Below, one piece after another: positions 62,240-64,000 of a stretch of 64,000 nt of DNA. Under the pieces are notes generated by a model, which worked only from the letters and a program-made list of their open reading frames with translations, had not been told where the DNA came from and searched no databases. The first letter of the stretch is position 1, and each line of letters starts with the position of its first letter. A program made the translations under genes and the position numbers. The DNA is taken from assembly GCA_965279525.1 (NCBI GenBank), contig CBDIIB010000005.1:736001-800000 (forward strand), given 5' to 3'. The DNA comes from Tagaea sp. (GTDB taxonomy: Bacteria; Pseudomonadota; Alphaproteobacteria; CACIAM-22H2).

Positions 62240-62273
62240 CTAGATGAGAACTGTTTGCAGTTAATTGGTAATT

Positions 62274-62690
62274 TTATTCTTTGGCGACGCGCACGACGAC
62301 GTCGACGCGCGACACGCGCATGCCTTCGGGCGCCGGCGGCAGGGCCGCCAGCGAGACCTGTTCGGCCGGGATGTCCTGCAGGCGGCCTTCGGCCTCGAAA
62401 TAGAAATGATGGTGCTCGCCGGTGTTGGTGTCGAAATACGAGCGGCCCGGCTCGACGACGACTTCGCGCAGCAGCCCGCTGCGCGTGAACTGGTTGAGCG
62501 TGTTGTAGATCGTGGCGAGCGACACTTCGAGGCCCGCCGCCCGCGCTTCGGCGCGCAGCTGCTCGGCCGTCAGATGGCGGTGGCCGCCCTCCTGCAGCAC
62601 GCGCAGCAGCTGCACGCGCTGGCGCGTCGGGCGCAGGCCCGATTCTTTCAGCCGGGCGATCGCCGGCGAGAAGGGTCGTTCGGTCGTCAT
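62274..62690 (-). CDS. irr: Irr/Fur family iron-response regulator
   Basis: GLRPTRQR, HLTAE, SLATIYNTL, YFDTN..HHHF, VDVVVR. Confidence 0.9.
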   Translation of the reverse strand: MTTERPFSPAIARLKESGLRPTRQRVQLLRVLQEGGHRHLTAEQLRAEARAAGLEVSLATIYNTLNQFTRSGLLREVVVEPGRSYFDTNTGEHHHFYFEAEGRLQDIPAEQVSLAALPPAPEGMRVSRVDVVVRVAKE

Positions 62691-62766
62691 GCCTGCTTAT
62701 ATATGGCAACTGCCGGGAAATTGAAAGGTCTGGGCCGGTTCCTGGAATCGCTCCAAGGCCCGGCGC

Positions 62767-63393
62767 CTAGCCCGAAAACCCGAATCCCTGCAGGAAGTCG
62801 TTGAAGAACCGGGCGGCGACCGCGACCCAGATCGTGCCTGTCAGGCGCACGAGCCAGCCCAGCAACAGGGCGAAGACGAAGACCGACGCGAAGAGATAGC
62901 CGAAATCCCCGGCGCCGAGTTCGACGAGCGCCACCCAGCCGGGTGCCAGCATCGCGGCATAGAGGGCAGCCGCGGCCGCGTTCGCGGACCAGAACGCCAT
63001 GCGCTTGCGCAGGCCCTTCAGCACCAGACCGCGGAAGACGAACTCGTCGCACAGGGCCGCGAAGGCGAGACTGACGCTTGCCACGATGAGGCTCGAAGGC
63101 GGGACCGGCGGGATCGCGATCCAGTCCGATCCGGCCAGCACGTCGACGACACGTGCCCCCAGCGTGACCAGGATCGCCACGAGCCACGCTAGCCACGCGA
63201 GCTGGCCCGGGCGCTGGTCGATCGCCAGCCGCGGGTCGAGGCGCTCGACCCAGAAGACCCAGCCCAGCGGCAGCACGACCCAGATCGCCAGCCGCCAGAG
63301 TTCCGCGATCGTCCGGGCGTCCGCCACGTTGTCGGCGGCAAGGTCGCTGACCGGCAGGGCCGCCAGCCGCAGCACCCAGGCGACGAACAGCAC
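62767..63393 (-). CDS. CPBP/CAAX-family membrane protein (start uncertain)
   Basis: DEFVFRG motif, multiple TM helices; later His motifs degenerate. Confidence 0.75.
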   Translation of the reverse strand: MLFVAWVLRLAALPVSDLAADNVADARTIAELWRLAIWVVLPLGWVFWVERLDPRLAIDQRPGQLAWLAWLVAILVTLGARVVDVLAGSDWIAIPPVPPSSLIVASVSLAFAALCDEFVFRGLVLKGLRKRMAFWSANAAAAALYAAMLAPGWVALVELGAGDFGYLFASVFVFALLLGWLVRLTGTIWVAVAARFFNDFLQGFGFSG

Positions 63394-63469
63394 GCCGACG
63401 AACGCGAGCGGCCGCGCGAGCGCTTCCGAGCGCGCGAAATCGTGCGGTCCGGTCAGATGGTGGGGCCGG

Positions 63470-63631
63470 TCAGAAATCGACGCAGCGCCCCGCCCGCTCC
63501 CAGTCGCCGTAGCGGGTGGGTTCCGGCCCCTTCGGCCCGCCGAACTCGGGCGCGGGCTTGGGTGCCGCGGCGGGCTTTGCCGGGGGCCTGGCAGGGTCGG
63601 CAGCGGGCTTTTGAGTGTCGGCGTCGGTCAT
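63470..63631 (-). CDS. DUF1674 (SDHAF4-like) small protein
   Basis: [25 protein letters not shown]. Confidence 0.92.
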   Translation of the reverse strand: MTDADTQKPAADPARPPAKPAAAPKPAPEFGGPKGPEPTRYGDWERAGRCVDF

Positions 63632-63670
63632 GCTTCTAGGATATGCGGCTTTTGCCCGGCCCCGGCAAGT

Positions 63671-63699
63671 CTTGAACCGGCGGCCCGGCAGCCTTACCT
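63671..63699 (+). promoter_or_regulatory. RpoH (sigma32)-like promoter
   Basis: CTTGAA...CCTTACCT just upstream of htpX. Confidence 0.5.
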
Positions 63700-63706
63700 G
63701 ATGGAC

Positions 63707-64000
63707 ATGAACTACGCCAAGACCGCCATCCTGCTGGCCGCCATGACCGGCCTGTTCCTCGCCATCGGCTTCCTGCTCGGCGGCGAGGGCGGCATGGTCA
63801 TCGCGTTCGTCGTCGCCGCCGGCATGAACCTGTTCGCCTACTGGAACGCCGACAAGATGGTGCTTTCCATGTATGGCGCGCGCCAGGTCGGACCCGACGA
63901 GGCGCCAGGATTCCACCGCATCGTCGCCGGGCTTGCCGCCAATGCCGGCCTGCCAATGCCGAAGGTCTTCCTGATCGACGACCCGCAGCCCAACGCGTTC
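63707..64000 (+). CDS. htpX: Zinc metalloprotease HtpX, 5' part
   Basis: [17 protein letters not shown]...YWNADKMVL...[19 protein letters not shown]. Confidence 0.93.
   Translation, partial: MNYAKTAILLAAMTGLFLAIGFLLGGEGGMVIAFVVAAGMNLFAYWNADKMVLSMYGARQVGPDEAPGFHRIVAGLAANAGLPMPKVFLIDDPQPNAF

Overview
High-GC alphaproteobacterial (Rhodospirillales-like) chromosome segment with two parts. (1) 1-21066: a lower-GC island (GC judged by eye) that is the right-hand part of a Tn7-like transposon. It has an intact tnsA-tnsB-tnsC-tniQ operon on the minus strand. A TGT-initiated end with imperfect repeats lies only 8 bp past the gyrB stop codon, and the other end is not visible in this window. Cargo: an RloC-like ABC-ATPase/HEPN anticodon nuclease, a second HEPN-like protein, an Hhe-like DUF4011-helicase-Vsr-DUF3320 giant protein with a DUF4236 partner, and probably an ABC transporter. 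Between tniQ and rloC lies a gene absent from the ORF track: a 94-nt non-canonical tRNA-like RNA with anticodon UAU and a long variable arm. This tniQ / tRNA-like RNA / RloC arrangement is the best candidate for an undescribed system. (2) 21075-64000: core backbone (gyrB, recF, dnaN, pcp, dnaA, rpsT, mutM, ubiE/B, coaBC, dut, rrf2, moeB, two cyclophilins, tandem cysK and cysK-Grx, lipid A genes, flagellin, di-heme peroxidase, rubrerythrin/Irr locus, htpX). It also carries a small islet with an SOS-box-preceded M23 peptidase between ubiB and coaBC. All calls come from reading motifs by eye; no searches were run.
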